A DNA stretch of 64,000 nt from Okamejei kenojei (Eukaryota), in contig CM069142.1 of assembly GCA_035221665.1 (NCBI GenBank), forward strand, positions 10,292,001 through 10,356,000. Direction: 5' to 3'. Below, one piece after another: positions 22,811 through 35,176 of the stretch. The first letter of the stretch is position 1. Every line of letters starts with the position of its first letter. A program made the translations under genes and the position numbers. A model generated the notes under the pieces. It ran no database searches and was not told where the DNA came from. It worked only from the letters and a program-made list of their open reading frames with translations.

Positions 22811-24542
22811 ATAGAAACATAGAAACATAGAAATTAGGTGCAGGAGTAGGCCATTCAGCCCTTCGAGCCTGCACCGCCATTCAATATGATCATGGCTGAT
22901 CATCCAACTCAGTATCCCGTACCTGCCTTCTCTCCATACCCTCTGATCCCCTTAGCCACAAGGGCCACATCCAACTCACTCTTAAATATAGCCAATGAAC
23001 TGGCCTCAACTACCCTCTGTGGCAGAGAGTTCCAGAGACTCACCACTCTCTGTGTGAAGAAAGTCTTTCTCATCTCGGTCTTAAAGGATTTCCCCCTTAT
23101 CCTTAAGCTGTGACCCCTTGTCCTGGACTTCCCCAACACGGGAACAATCTTCCTGCATCTAGCCTGTCCAACCCCTTAAGAATTGTAAGTTTCTATAAGA
23201 TCCACTCTTAATCTCCTAAATTCCAGAGAGTATAAAACCGAGTCTATCCAGTCTTTCTTCATAAGACAGTCCTGACATCCCAGGAATCAGTCTGTGAACC
23301 TTTCTTGCACTCCTCTATGGCAAAATGTCCTTCCTCAGATTTGGAGACCAAAAAACTGCACGCAATACTCCAGTGTGGTCTCACCAAGACCCTTACAACT
23401 GAAGAGAACCTCCCGCTCCTGTACTCAAATCCTTTTGCTATGAAAGCTAACATACCATTCGCTTTTTTCACTGCCTGCTGCACCTGCATGCCTACTTTCA
23501 ATGACTGGTGTACCATGACACCCAGGTCTCGCTGCATCTCCCCTTTTCCCCAATCGGCCACCATTTAAATAATAGTCCGCTTTCCTGTTTTTGCCACCAA
23601 AGTGCCTCACATTTATCCACATTATACTGCATCTGCTAAACCCCACTCACCCAGCCTATCCAAGTCACCCTGCAGTCTCCTAGCTCCTCCTCACAGCGAA
23701 CACTGCCCCCCAGCTTAGTGTCATCCGCAACTTGGAGATATTGCCTTCAATTCCCTCATCCAATCATAATATATTTGTAAATAGCTGGTCCCAGCTTGAA
23801 GCCCTGCGGGTACCCCCTAGTTACTGCCTGCCATTGTGAAAAGGACCCGCCTCCTACTCTTTGCTTCCTGTTTGCCAGCCAGTTTTCTCTAGCCACATCA
23901 ATACTGAACCCTAATACCGTATGCTTGTTTGTATACTAATCTCTTATGTGGGACCTTGTCGAAAGCCTTTGGTAGTCAGATATACCACATCCACTGGTTC
24001 TCCCTTATCCACGCATACCTAGTTAACATCCTCGAAAAATTCCACAAGAAGACATGATTTACCTTTTTAAATCCATGCTGACTTTGTCCAATGATTTCGC
24101 CACTTTCCAAATGTGCTGCTATCCCATCTTTAATAACTGACTCTAGCAGTTTCCCACTACCGATGTTAGACTAACTGTCTGTAATTCCCCGTTTTCTCTC
24201 TCCCTCCCTTCTTAAAAAGAGGGTTACATTTGCTACCCGCCATCCTCAGGAATACTCCAGAATCTAAAGAGTTTTGAAAGATAGCTTATGCATTTTTCCT
24301 GAGCTACGTACTCTGATGCAGGGCCCCTGGGGGGATTTATCGCTTCTAACATTTACCCAACACCACTTTCCCGACTGACCTGGATTTCACTCAATTCCTC
24401 CTTTGACCCACAGTCCCCTGCTATTTCAGGCAGATTATTTATGTCTTCCTTAGTGAAGACGGAACCAAAGTAGTTATTCAATTGGTCCGCCATATCCTTG
24501 TTCCCCATGATCAACTCACCTGTTTCTGACTGCAAGGGACCT
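22811..24542 (-). mobile_element. CR1 LINE, RT region to 3' end, many frameshifts
   Basis: QRDLGVMVHQSLKV..QVQQAVKKAN, MADQLNNYFGSVFTKED; (CTATGTTT)n tail. Confidence 0.9.
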
Positions 24543-24660
24543 GATAGGAGCAGGATTAGGCTATTCGGCCCATCAAGTCTACTCTGCCGATCAATCATGG
24601 CTGATCTATCTCTCCCTCCTAACCCCATTCTCCTGTCTTCTCCTCATATCCATTGACACC
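24543..24660 (-). mobile_element. CR1 3' UTR fragment
   Basis: CAATCATGGCTGATCTATCTCTCCCTCCTAACCCCATTCTCC. Confidence 0.75.
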
Positions 24661-25247
24661 CATTGATCCCATTGAAGCACCCAGTAGCCAGGGAAATCTT
24701 TCAAATTGAGTTTTCAGATTGCCAAAACGTGCATGAAATGGCTGGTTAAAATCCTTCCAAAGACTGTGTGTCGCTTAGATTAATCTGAATGCAGAAGCTG
24801 AATAATTTTTTTGTAAACGGAAGACAAAAGATGCAAACACATAACAGGAACCTAACGATTTTCCACCCTAGCTGGCTAAATCCTGCCTTATAAACAATTG
24901 GTTTGCAGTGGAAAATTTGATTCTCACTATGATTGCTTGAGAATGCATGAAATGATCACCGAGGAACTGATTTTTCTTTTAGCTTCGTTAAGAGATTCAG
25001 CACGGAAACAGGCCTGTCGGCCCACCCGAGTCCGCGATCCACGCACGTTAACACAGGCCTACACAATACTTCACAATACTTGCTTGTTTGACATATTTGA
25101 GGCATTATTAGTTTTAATTATTTTCTTGAGAAGAATGCAGGCAACATTTTAATTTTTTTTTATATAGAAGGCAATGCATGTCATTTTGTGTCCTGGGAAT
25201 GGGCCTTGGCTGAAATGAGGTGGATTTGTTTCAATGAACAGTGTTCG

Positions 25248-25527
25248 TAGGTTATAGGAGCATTTGACCCATCGAGTCTACTCCACCATTTAATCATGGC
25301 TGATCTAACTTTCCCTTCCAAACCCATTCTCCTGCCATCTCCGGAAACCTTTGATACCCATATTAATCAAGAAACTGTCAATCCTTTCTAAAGGTACATC
25401 CTTATATTCTGAGGTATTATATTCTGTGCCCTCTGGTCCTAGACTCTCCCATTAGTGGAAACATCCTCTCCACATCCACTCTATCTAGGTCTTTCATTTG
25501 TCATTAGGTTTCAATGAGAACCCCCCG

Positions 25528-25565
<38 letters not shown>

Positions 25566-25730
25566 ATCCTTCTAAACTCCAGCGAGTACAGGCCCCGGCC
25601 ATCAAACGCTCATCGAATGTTAACCCAATCATTCCGGGGATCATTCTTGTAAATCTCCTCTCGGCCCTTTCCAACGCCAGCTCATCCTTCCTCAGATATG
25701 GGGCCCAAAACTGCTCACGGTACTCCAAAT
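25248..25730 (-). mobile_element. CR1 3' fragment containing a long poly-C tract
   Basis: LEYREQFWAPYLRKDELALERAERRFTRMIPG; C run at about 25521-25563. Confidence 0.85.
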
Positions 25731-26289
25731 TTGTGTCTGACCAGTGGAGAGCGTGGAGGAAGCACTGCGCTATGAATTCAGTTGATGTGGTTTGGCGTAT
25801 AGCTTCTGGCATCTTAAGGCACTGTCATCACCACTGCAATTTGTTTTTTAAGTCTGCCAGGTGGCATGGTAAATGGGCACTAAATGTGGAATATGGTCTG
25901 AACTTGTCCACGCGGGCACTTGCTGGCTGCCTCCTTTGTGTGTGGCATCGAGGCTGGCACAGTGTAGGTAGGGAATGACACAGAAAGCAGTGATGCAGAA
26001 CAGTAAGGTTGCTGCTTTATTAACACTGAACAGTTGCCCGGTGGCTATTTGACAGATCTTAGAGAAAGCACCAGCACAGAAACAGATTTTGGAGAACACA
26101 TCAGTTTTTAGAGTGGTGCAAAATGGCTAAGGGACACATTTACTTTGGCAATTGGGAAGAAACTTGACAATGCAGGAAAATAGACCATTCTTCACTATTC
26201 TGTATTAAGTGTTGCGATATTATTTCAGCAGACAATTTAATTTTTAACCTGTGGGGTGTGGACAAAGTCAAGGGTAGTGCAACAGCACT

Positions 26290-27298
26290 GAAAGGTTGCG
26301 TTTTGGACTGTAGGCCTGTGTCTAGTGGTGTGCCTCAGGGCTCGGTGCTGGGCCCATTGCTGTTTCTCATCTATATCAATGATTTGGATGAGAATGTACA
26401 AGGCATGATTAGCATGTTTTCAGATGCCACTAAAGTGGGTGGTATTGTAGATAGTGAAGAGTGGTTGTCAAAAATTGCAGCAAGATCTTAATCGATTGGG
26501 CAGATAGGCTGAGGAATGGTTGATGGAATTTAATACTGAGAAATGTGAGGTGTTGCATTTTGAGGAGTCTAACAGGGGCAATGACATACACAATGAATGG
26601 CGGGGCTCTGGCGGATATTGTACAGAGGGATCTAGGAGTGCAGGTGCGTGGTCCATTAATGTGGCGTCACAGGTAGATAGGGTGGTCAAAAAGGCTTTCA
26701 ACATGTTGGTCTTCATCATTCAGAGTATTGAGTATTGAAGTTGGGAGGTCATGTTACAGTTATGTAAGCCATTAGTGATGCCATATTTATAGTATTATGT
26801 TCAGTTTTGGAAAGATATTGTCAATCTGGAAACATGTTGGATGTTGCCAGGTTTCACGTGACTGAGCTGTAGGAAGAGATTCAGCAAGCTGGGGCTTTAT
26901 CCCATGGAGTGCAAGAAGATGAGGGGTGATGATATAGAGGTGTACCAAACCGTGAGAGTAATAGATCGGGTAAATGTACAGAGTCTTTTGCTCAGATTAG
27001 GAAAATTGATAACCAGAGGACAGAGGTTTAAGGTGAAGGGGAGGAAGATTTAATTGGAACCTGAGGGGTAACTTTTGTACACAAAGGGTGGTGAGTGTTT
27101 AGAACAAGCTACCTGGGGAGGTGGAAAAAGGCAGGGACAATCGCAACATTTAAGAAACATTTAGACGGGTACATGGATAGGACAGGTTCAGAGGGTTATG
27201 GGCCAAATGAAGGCAGGTGGGACTGGTGTAGATGGGGCATGTTGGCCGGTGTGGGCAAGTTGGGCTGAAGTGCCTATTTCCATGCTGTGTGACTGTAT
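26290..27298 (+). mobile_element. CR1/HER1 LINE, RT to 3' end, degenerate
   Basis: [22 protein letters not shown]; MEFNTEKCEVLHF. Confidence 0.92.
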
Positions 27299-27899
27299 GG
27301 CACTTGCCATTGACCATGTAGAAAACATCCCACAAAGGTGTAGCGATCCCTTTCGCTTGGATTTTACTTTTCCAATTGTGTCATTTGTTAGGTGTTGGCT
27401 CCAGAAGACTTCTTGGCATCCAGTAGCAGGGATGTCTTTGAGCAGGGCAAGCTGAAAATCACATTGACAAATTCTCAGCAGTAAACCTGAAAGGACAAAA
27501 GCATAACCTTCCACTGATAGTTTCCACGTAGAGCCAAAACCAAATGTTGGGGTATTAGCATAATAATAACAGAAGCTAATAAAATTTCATTTTAATATTT
27601 AACAATACTAATATTTATTTAAAATCCATCATCATCTGAAATATTTATGAGGGAATTATAGTCTCATCCCCAGAGTTGGTTATTTTTTTAAGCGTTAGCT
27701 ACTTTGTAAGCAGTCAATCTGATTTAGCTTGCCATTATAACTCGCTCCACCTTGCACAACAAACCATTATATTTTACAACAAAAACTCTTGTCCCCAACA
27801 TTGGCTGGAGTTGCTAGTTAGTGGGCACACTGGTTAGTTAGATACTGGTTAACAGTTGACTCATGCACTAGTTATCAAAAGCAGAATGGTTTACTGAGA

Positions 27900-28114
27900 T
27901 GACACCATCCCCTTTGATCTGTCATTTTCACAGCTAACCCTTCCATTTCTCTATGTCTCCCTCTCCCCTGAAGAAGGGTCTCGAAGATCGAAGCAAAGTG
28001 CTGGAGTAACTCAGCGGGACAGGAGTCTGAAGATGGGTCTCGACCCGAAACGTCACCCATCCCTTCTCTCCGGAGATGCTGCCTGTCCCGCTGAGTTACT
28101 CCAGCATTTTGTGA
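27900..28114. mobile_element. Penelope terminal repeats with hammerhead motif at 28027-28054
   Basis: CTGAAGATGGGTCTCGACCCGAAACGTC. Confidence 0.8.
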
Positions 28115-28894
28115 CTTTGTGCTGTCTGGTGCTGCCACGCATGTGGCAAGGGAACCTAAATACAAAGAGCATCTCAAGCCTGCATTACTGTTCCAGTAAG
28201 ATCATGGCTTATAACCTCAACTTCATTTTCCTGCTTTAGCCCCATAGCCCTGTAATTTGTCATTAGTCCAAAATTTCACTCTGCAGTGAACATACTTGAG
28301 GACTCAGTATCACAATCCTCATCTTAATCTTAAATGGCATATCACTATATCCTGAGTGTACATCCCCTTATTCTCGATAGACCCAAAATGCTGGAGTAAC
28401 TCAGCGGGTCAGGCAGCATCTCTGGAGAGAACGAATGGGTAATGTTTTGGGTCGAGACCCTTGTTCAGACCTCGCCAACCCCCTTATTCCAGTCTCTCTT
28501 ACCAGAGCAGGTATCTTTATAGAGTCTTTAACTGCTGTAAACTGCTGGACCTGGACTACTACAGGGAACCACGTTATACGTTGCAATATTTAATTTACTC
28601 AGGAACTGCTTGGAGTATGGAGATTGGGGAGGGTCAGGAAATGTGAATAAACATATGGCAGGAGCGAGAGATTTTTTTTCGCGCATTTTTAAAGGTGGGA
28701 ATATATAATAGGGCATTTTGGATCCCTAAATGGGAAGGGAAAATAGACAAGGATATGTGTTGCATCTCATTCTATATCTTGTTGGTTGCATGAGATGGTG
28801 CTGTGGAAGAGTGTGGGTGGTAATGGGAGAGTGATCTTGTGCATTCTTTTAGGAATAGTCCTTTCAGAAGGCTGGGCAGTAGATTTGGGGCAAC

Positions 28895-29120
28895 ACTTTT
28901 ACACAGAGTGGTGGGTGCCTGGAACGTGCTGCCAGGGTTGGTGCTGGATAGTAGTATTTACTACTACGATAGTAGTACTTAAGAGGATTTTAGATAGTCA
29001 CGTGGGTATGCAGGGAATGGAGGATTATGGATCATGTGCAGGCAGAGATTATATTTAGCAGCATGTTCGGCACAGATGTTGTGGTCTGCAAAGCCTGTTC
29101 CTATAGTGAACTGTTCTGTG
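28895..29120 (+). mobile_element. Old CR1 3' end
   Basis: TTTTACACAGAGTGGTGGGTGCCTGGAAC...GGATCATGTGCAGGCAGA. Confidence 0.7.
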
Positions 29121-29293
29121 TACTAAGCGCAGTCTGGTAGTGATTCAGAGTGGAAGGTCCTACCTGACTTGGGTCACAATACCCACCTGAGACCTGTTTA
29201 ACAGCCCTAGCTTCAACCTCTGAAAGCTTCTTTCATTGTGAGTGGTCTCATATGGTACATGGTGAACAAGTACCAGGTACACGTTGCATGTTG

Positions 29294-29564
29294 AGTCGGA
29301 GGGAACTGCAAATGCTGGTTTAACCCGGAGATGGACACAAAATGCTGGAGCAACTCAGCGGGTCCGGCAGCATCTCTGGCGAGAAGGTAGACAAAAATGC
29401 TGGAGAAACTTAGCGGGTGCGGCAGCATCTATGGAGCGAAGGAAATAGGCAACGTTTCAGGCCGAAACCCTTCTTCAGACTCATACAGATACTCATACTG
29501 GAGAGAAGGGATGGGTGATGTCTGAAGACCCAAAACGTCACCTGTTCCTTCTCTGCCTGTCCCA
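29294..29564. mobile_element. Nested Penelope terminal repeats of two subfamilies
   Basis: TSD CACGTTGCATGTTG on both sides. Confidence 0.8.
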
Positions 29565-29604
29565 CACGTTGCATGTTGTTATACGCCACATTCCAGTATC
29601 TGTG

Positions 29605-29902
29605 TTTAGTGTAGTTTGGTTTAGAGCTGTAGCGCGGAAACAGACCCTTCGGTCCGCCGAGTCCGCGACAACCAGTGATTCCCGCACGTTAACACTATCC
29701 TACACACACCAGGGACAAATCATACATACACCAAGCCAATTAAGTGTGGGAGGAAACCGAAGATCTCGGAGACAACCCACGCAAATCACGGTGGGAACGT
29801 ATAAACTCCGTACAGACACCGCCCGTAGTCGGGATTGAACCTGGGTCTCCGGCGCTGCAGGCGCTGTAAGCCAGCAAATATGCCGCTGCATCACTGTGCC
29901 AC
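29605..29902 (-). mobile_element. HE1-type V-SINE
   Basis: Antisense SINE consensus. Confidence 0.85.
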
Positions 29903-30264
29903 CTTCAACATGTCAGACATACGGAGGACGCAAAAAGATGCAGCCTTTCTGCAGAACCTGATTTTCAGTGACCTTCCACTTCATTATTGTAATTGATTGT
30001 GCAGCTTGTAAAACCCTTCTCACATCTCAGTTTGTTTACCCTCCTCATATTTCAGATTTCATTCATCTCTTCATGTTTACACCTGCCTTCACCACCCGCC
30101 CCGCAGCATTTCATGTCCTTCAGTCCCTTCCAGATCCTACACTCCCTTAAACCGTTCCTCTTAGTGCAAGCATTTTATTTTATTTTAATTTAATTCACAG
30201 GTGACCCCAACTGGTGGTGGGGGGTTGTATTCCTAGAAAATTCCATTCTGCATTCCTAGAAAAT

Positions 30265-30442
30265 GTATTTAAGAAAGAATTAGATAGAGCTCTTAGGGCT
30301 GTCGGAATCAAGGGATATGGGGAGAAAGTAGGAACGGGATACTGATTTTGGATGGTTAGCCATGATCATATTGAATGGCGGTGCTGGCTCGAATGGCCGA
30401 AAGGCCAAATCCTGCACCTATTTTCTATGTTTCTATGTTTCT
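30265..30442 (+). mobile_element. CR1 3' end
   Basis: GGGATATGGGGAGAAAG..GGAACGGG; (CTATGTTT)n tail. Confidence 0.85.
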
Positions 30443-30906
30443 AAAACAGTGTATCGTGATTTTCATTAATGCTCACATTTTGTGTTGGCTTTCTGTATTT
30501 TTCACACATTCTGGAAGAGTGAATTTCATTCCGTATCTCGAATTTTTGGGTCAAAAGTTAGGAATTCTATAAGGATGAATTTCTATAACCTGAAGGACTC
30601 TGACATGGGAGTTGCCTGTATTATTGATATGATGTGTGCATATTCCAATCTTCCTGGCCAAAAATCTGATGCTACTTTTTCTTGATATCTCCACAGAAAT
30701 TACTACAAATAATATTGCCATGAGACAATACAGATATTAAATGCCAATGTTATGCTAATCCAGGTGCAGCAAAGTATTTATACCCTGCTCGATCTTTTTG
30801 GTTTAGAAGTGAATGGGGCCAGCATGGGTGGGTGGGGTAAGAACCTGTATTCCACTAATTTCATCTGGTGTTACTCACACCAGATCTGGAGAATCCAAGG
30901 ATGAAA

Positions 30907-31218
30907 TTTAGTTTTAATTTAGTTTAGAGATTCAGCAAGGAAACGGGCCCTTTGGCCCTCCAGATCCTCGCCGACCCGCGATCACCCTGTACACCAGCAC
31001 TATCCTACACACTAGGGACGTTTGACAATTTTTTTTACCAAGCCAATTAACCTAGAAGCCTGTACGTCTTTGGAGTGCGGGAGGAAACCGGTGCACCCGC
31101 AGAAAACCCACGTGGTCACGGTGAGAATGTACAAACTCTGTAGGTTATTACTTGTTGTCAGGGTCGAACCCGGGGCTCGGGTGCTGTAAAGCAGCAACTC
31201 TACCGCTGCACCACCAAC
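30907..31218 (-). mobile_element. HE1-type V-SINE
   Basis: Antisense SINE consensus. Confidence 0.85.
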
Positions 31219-32095
31219 ATCCCAAGGATATTGACAACTTAAAATAGCAAGATATTGAAACAGACAATTTAGTTCAGTCATTCTGTTGAATACCTAAAGG
31301 ACCCCGTCCATCAGCACTGATTGAATCACACATAATGAAGGCCTGTGTGCAAAAATACGGCAGAGGTTTGGAAGTAAATCTTCTGCATTATAATTCATCT
31401 GTTTATTAATTCTGCGAGTAATTAATGTTTATTACAGGTGGGGGAAAAAAAAAAATTGGTAGGCTTAAAGGGACAGCAAAGAATAAAATGTTATTTTTCC
31501 CTAAATCCCATCAGATAGAATTAATTAAAGCTGTGGACTGTGTGGAAATTCAAAAGTGCTCTTTGGGAAAAATGGTCTTCTCATTGTGTGATGACATGCA
31601 TTCTCCCCAGAGACCAGGGCCATAGTGACTGCTGTGTGGAGACGGAGTCCCTGTTATTGTAGTGCATAGACTCTCTCATAATGTAATCAATCCACCCCCC
31701 CCCACCCCCCCCCCCCCTCCTCCCTCCCCCTCCCCCCCACCCTCAGTGTTGCCATTCTTTGGTCATTTCATTTAGCGTGTTGCAGAAAGGGAGTCAGAAA
31801 TGTACTTTTAAACTCGGGCTGGGCAGGAACTTGAGTGGAATTTTAATTCGGCACTGCTATTTGACAACCGGAGCCCTCCGCGACGCATGTGTGACCAGTC
31901 GCTGGCTGGGATTTTCATGGACCAGTAAGTTGAGTCAAATCCGATCTGACAAGACCTCTGCATCTCTGGGAAGCGCAGCTTTTTGCAGAAAGCAGCACCG
32001 CACAGCTCAATCACAGTTGCCGTGAGAGTTAAAGGTGAAAAGGGAAACAAAGAGACAGCGGGAAGTGTTGTCTCTGAATTTGTCTTTGTGTCTAG

Positions 32096-32160
32096 AATGA
32101 AGCCGGCCCTGGAAACTACGACCCCTGAGGACAACCGTGAACTAAGCCAAGAAAGCAAAG
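32096..32160 (+). CDS. Candidate small coding exon (MKPALETTTPEDNRELSQESK-), gene not recognised
   Basis: Pyrimidine tract TTTGTCTTTGTGTCTAG acceptor ending 32095; ATG at 32097; only one frame open; AAG|GTATTG donor at 32161; lies in a ~2-kb repeat-free island. Confidence 0.4.
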
Positions 32161-33327
32161 GTATTGTACTGTGAACTCTCAGCTCCGCAACGCCTTGGTC
32201 TTGCTTGCGGTGGGCTGTTAACCACTGCCCTGAGTGTTACTGCTGCCATTTCTGTTACTATCGCAGTTTTTCTCCCCAGAGATTAAATCAATAATCTAAA
32301 TGCCATTTAATTATATTTGGCTGGAAATGTTTGCAATGCCATTCTTGCATTGCCACTGACACATTTGTCGAATATTGTGGTCGATATTGAGTCGCGTTTC
32401 AGGAGTGTCCTGGTGTTGTAGGTGATGGATGTGAGAGAATTCAGTGCTTCACCAGACTCGGTAAATCTAGTCCAGTCGTGCGTCTCTTACCAGAAGCTAG
32501 CGTTGGTGATAATAATGCATTACAGGACAGTAAGAGGATTCATCTCTCTGAATAAGTCTTTACTAAATGGAGATTGTCAGCTCAATGTTCATCATCATCA
32601 AAGTTCACATTTGGGAAGACAATCTGCTTTAATTTAATGCAGTATAAAACGTCACTCATTCCTTGGAGGATTTAAAATCAGTTATACTCTTGGGAAGGGG
32701 CGCATGCTAATGTATGAATATGCTCTCTAATTGCAAGATGTACTCCAAATAACTCTCCAGCAGTTTGGGCTGACACAGCTTACTTAGGCATAAGATTTCC
32801 TTGCCATTTTCTCCCCATCTTCTTTGAATTCAAGATTTCCATAATTAAATCAATTATGGTCAGTACATATGGAAAAAAGCCTCTTGCCTAGTGAATTATA
32901 CAGGATCTTGTTAAGATTGTGCTACCCAGTAGAACTGTGGCTTTGCACAAATAGATCATGATTACAATCTCTCGCGGGGATATCTGTGTGAATTTGAGCG
33001 GTGGATATTATGATTAAATGTCGCGGTGGTGTTGGCTTTGCTTTTGATTCTGTGACAGATTGGAAAGGCTTTGTGTTCATTTCACTCAGACGCGTGTCGA
33101 TTGAAAGGGATTGCAATCGTCTGCTTCGAATGTTGCTATTTTTTGTTGCTGAAGTTGTCGTTAGCTGGTGATTTTTTGTGCTTTGAAACGAAGTGTGGAA
33201 TTTTCGAGATGAAAGGGGGCAGAATCCATTGGAGGTGTCGATGCTTCAGCAAGGATTCACTAACAGCCTTCCTCCATTTTGTACTTGGAGCTGAACACCA
33301 TTTGCATCAGCCATGCCATGGTTGACA

Positions 33328-33560
33328 CTAGAGTCATATAGAGTGATACAGTGTGGAAACAGGCCCTGCAGCCCAACTTGCCCACACCGGCCAACATGTC
33401 CCAGCTACTCTAGTCCAGCCAGCCTGCGTTTGGTCCATATCCCTCCAAACTTGTCATATCCATGAACCTGTCTAACTGTTTCTTAAACGTTGGGATAGCC
33501 CCAACCTCAACGACCTCTTCTGGCAGCTTGTTCCATCCACTCACCACCCTTTGTGTGAAA
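33328..33560 (-). mobile_element. CR1/HER1 3' end
   Basis: FTQRVVSGWNKLPEEVVE; tail shared with the HE1 SINE (GGGCCTGTTTCC). Confidence 0.85.
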
Positions 33561-34060
33561 GGGTGTAGCAGAGGTCGGACTTTTCTTGAGTGCCCGAATT
33601 GGATTGAATGTAACCATTTCTTAGTTTTGAATGAACTGTTTTCCTTTGCTGGCCCCTTAGGGATTTCTCTCATTGCCACTTCTGGGAAGCATTTGTCTGA
33701 GATGGGGAAATCCGCTGAGATGGCTCGGGATATTGTGGACCACAAACTACAAACTTCACGGTGCATCTATGGTGGAGCAAAAAGCAGCTCCCAATAGCAG
33801 CAACACAGATGTTTAATAATTGAATTCTTGCCTCGTCCATTTGCGTGGATGGTTATTATAGTCATTGAGCCCTTGGGAACTTTGAAGTTTCCAGATGCTT
33901 TTGAGAGGAATGTATGCAAGTGCTCAGCCCTGGACTGAGTATATCTGAACCTGGGACTACAATGCTATAGAATGGTTACATTCAATGTCAGAATCATTAC
34001 CTCCTGGATCTTATACTCAAAGATTCCCACTGTACCTCGATACACGTGACAATAAACTAA

Positions 34061-34275
34061 GATGGACACAAAATGCTGGAGTAACTCAGCGGGACAGGCA
34101 GCATCTCTGGAGAGAAGGAATGGGTGACGTTTCGGGTCGAAACCCTTCTTCAGACTGATGTCAGCGGAGTGGGCGGTACAGAGATAAAATGTAGTCGGAG
34201 ACAGTCAGACTGGTAGAACTGGGAAGGGGGAGGGGATGGAGGGAGAGGGAAAGCAAGGGCTACTTGAAATTAGGG
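34061..34275 (-). mobile_element. Penelope terminal repeat with hammerhead motif at 34126-34153
   Basis: GACGTTTCGGGTCGAAACCCTTCTTCAG on + strand. Confidence 0.8.
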
Positions 34276-34289
34276 TAGTCAGTTTTCAA

Positions 34290-35110
34290 ATGTTAGACCA
34301 TAAACTAAACTGAACTGCACCGAGCAATGAGAGTGACCATATCATATGCCTTCTTTACCAGTCTGTCGACTTGTGTTCGCAATTTCTGGGAGTTATTGAC
34401 CCCAAGACCCTGCTGCACATCCATGCCATTATGGGTAGGAAGGAACTGCAGATGCTGGCTTACACTGAAACAAAATGCTGCAGTAATTCTGCGGGACAGG
34501 CAGCATCTTTGGATAGAAGGAATAGGAGCCATTTCAGGTTGAGACCCTTCTTCAGAGTCTTCAGAGATGCTGCCTGTCTCGCTGTTTTCCAGCATTTTGT
34601 GTCTATCTTTAATGCTGTGATGGGTCTTGCCATTAGTTGTGCACAGCAGATGACTCTTACATTCGAACTGACACTTGCTCCGATTAAACTCCAGCTGCCG
34701 TTTCTCCGCCCATTTCTGTAGCTGATCTATACGTTGTTGTATACAGCCCGCGACCCCAGTAATCTTTGTATCATCTACAAGCTTACCAATCAACCCATCT
34801 ACGTTTACGTCCAAATCAGTCATATATCACAAACAACAGAAGTCCCAGCACAAACGCCTGTGGAACTCCACTGGTCACAGACCTCCAGCATGAACATAGT
34901 CCTTCCACCACAACCCTCTGTATTTTATCAGTAAGCCAGTTCTGAATCGGTACAACCAAGTTCCTGTTAACCCTGTGCATCTTAGTCTCCTGAATCGGCC
35001 TACTTGATCAAATATCTTACAAAAATCCATGCGGAATAACATCCACTGCCCGACCCTCATCGATTAGCTTTGTCACCTCCTCAAAAACCCAATCAAGTTA
35101 TTAGACTAAT
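34290..35110 (-). mobile_element. Degenerate CR1 RT fragment with Penelope insert at ~34433-34610
   Basis: DLDVNVDGLIGKLVDDTKI...QRIDQLQKWAEKRQLEFN. Confidence 0.85.
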
Positions 35111-35176
35111 AAAGAAAATTGACGCTGTGTTTACGGGCCATGCTGATAGTTTCTGCACGCAATTTCTGACCATGCG

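Noticed and set aside
25514-25580. Polyproline protein
   Set aside because: It is a poly-C expansion inside an antisense CR1 fragment.
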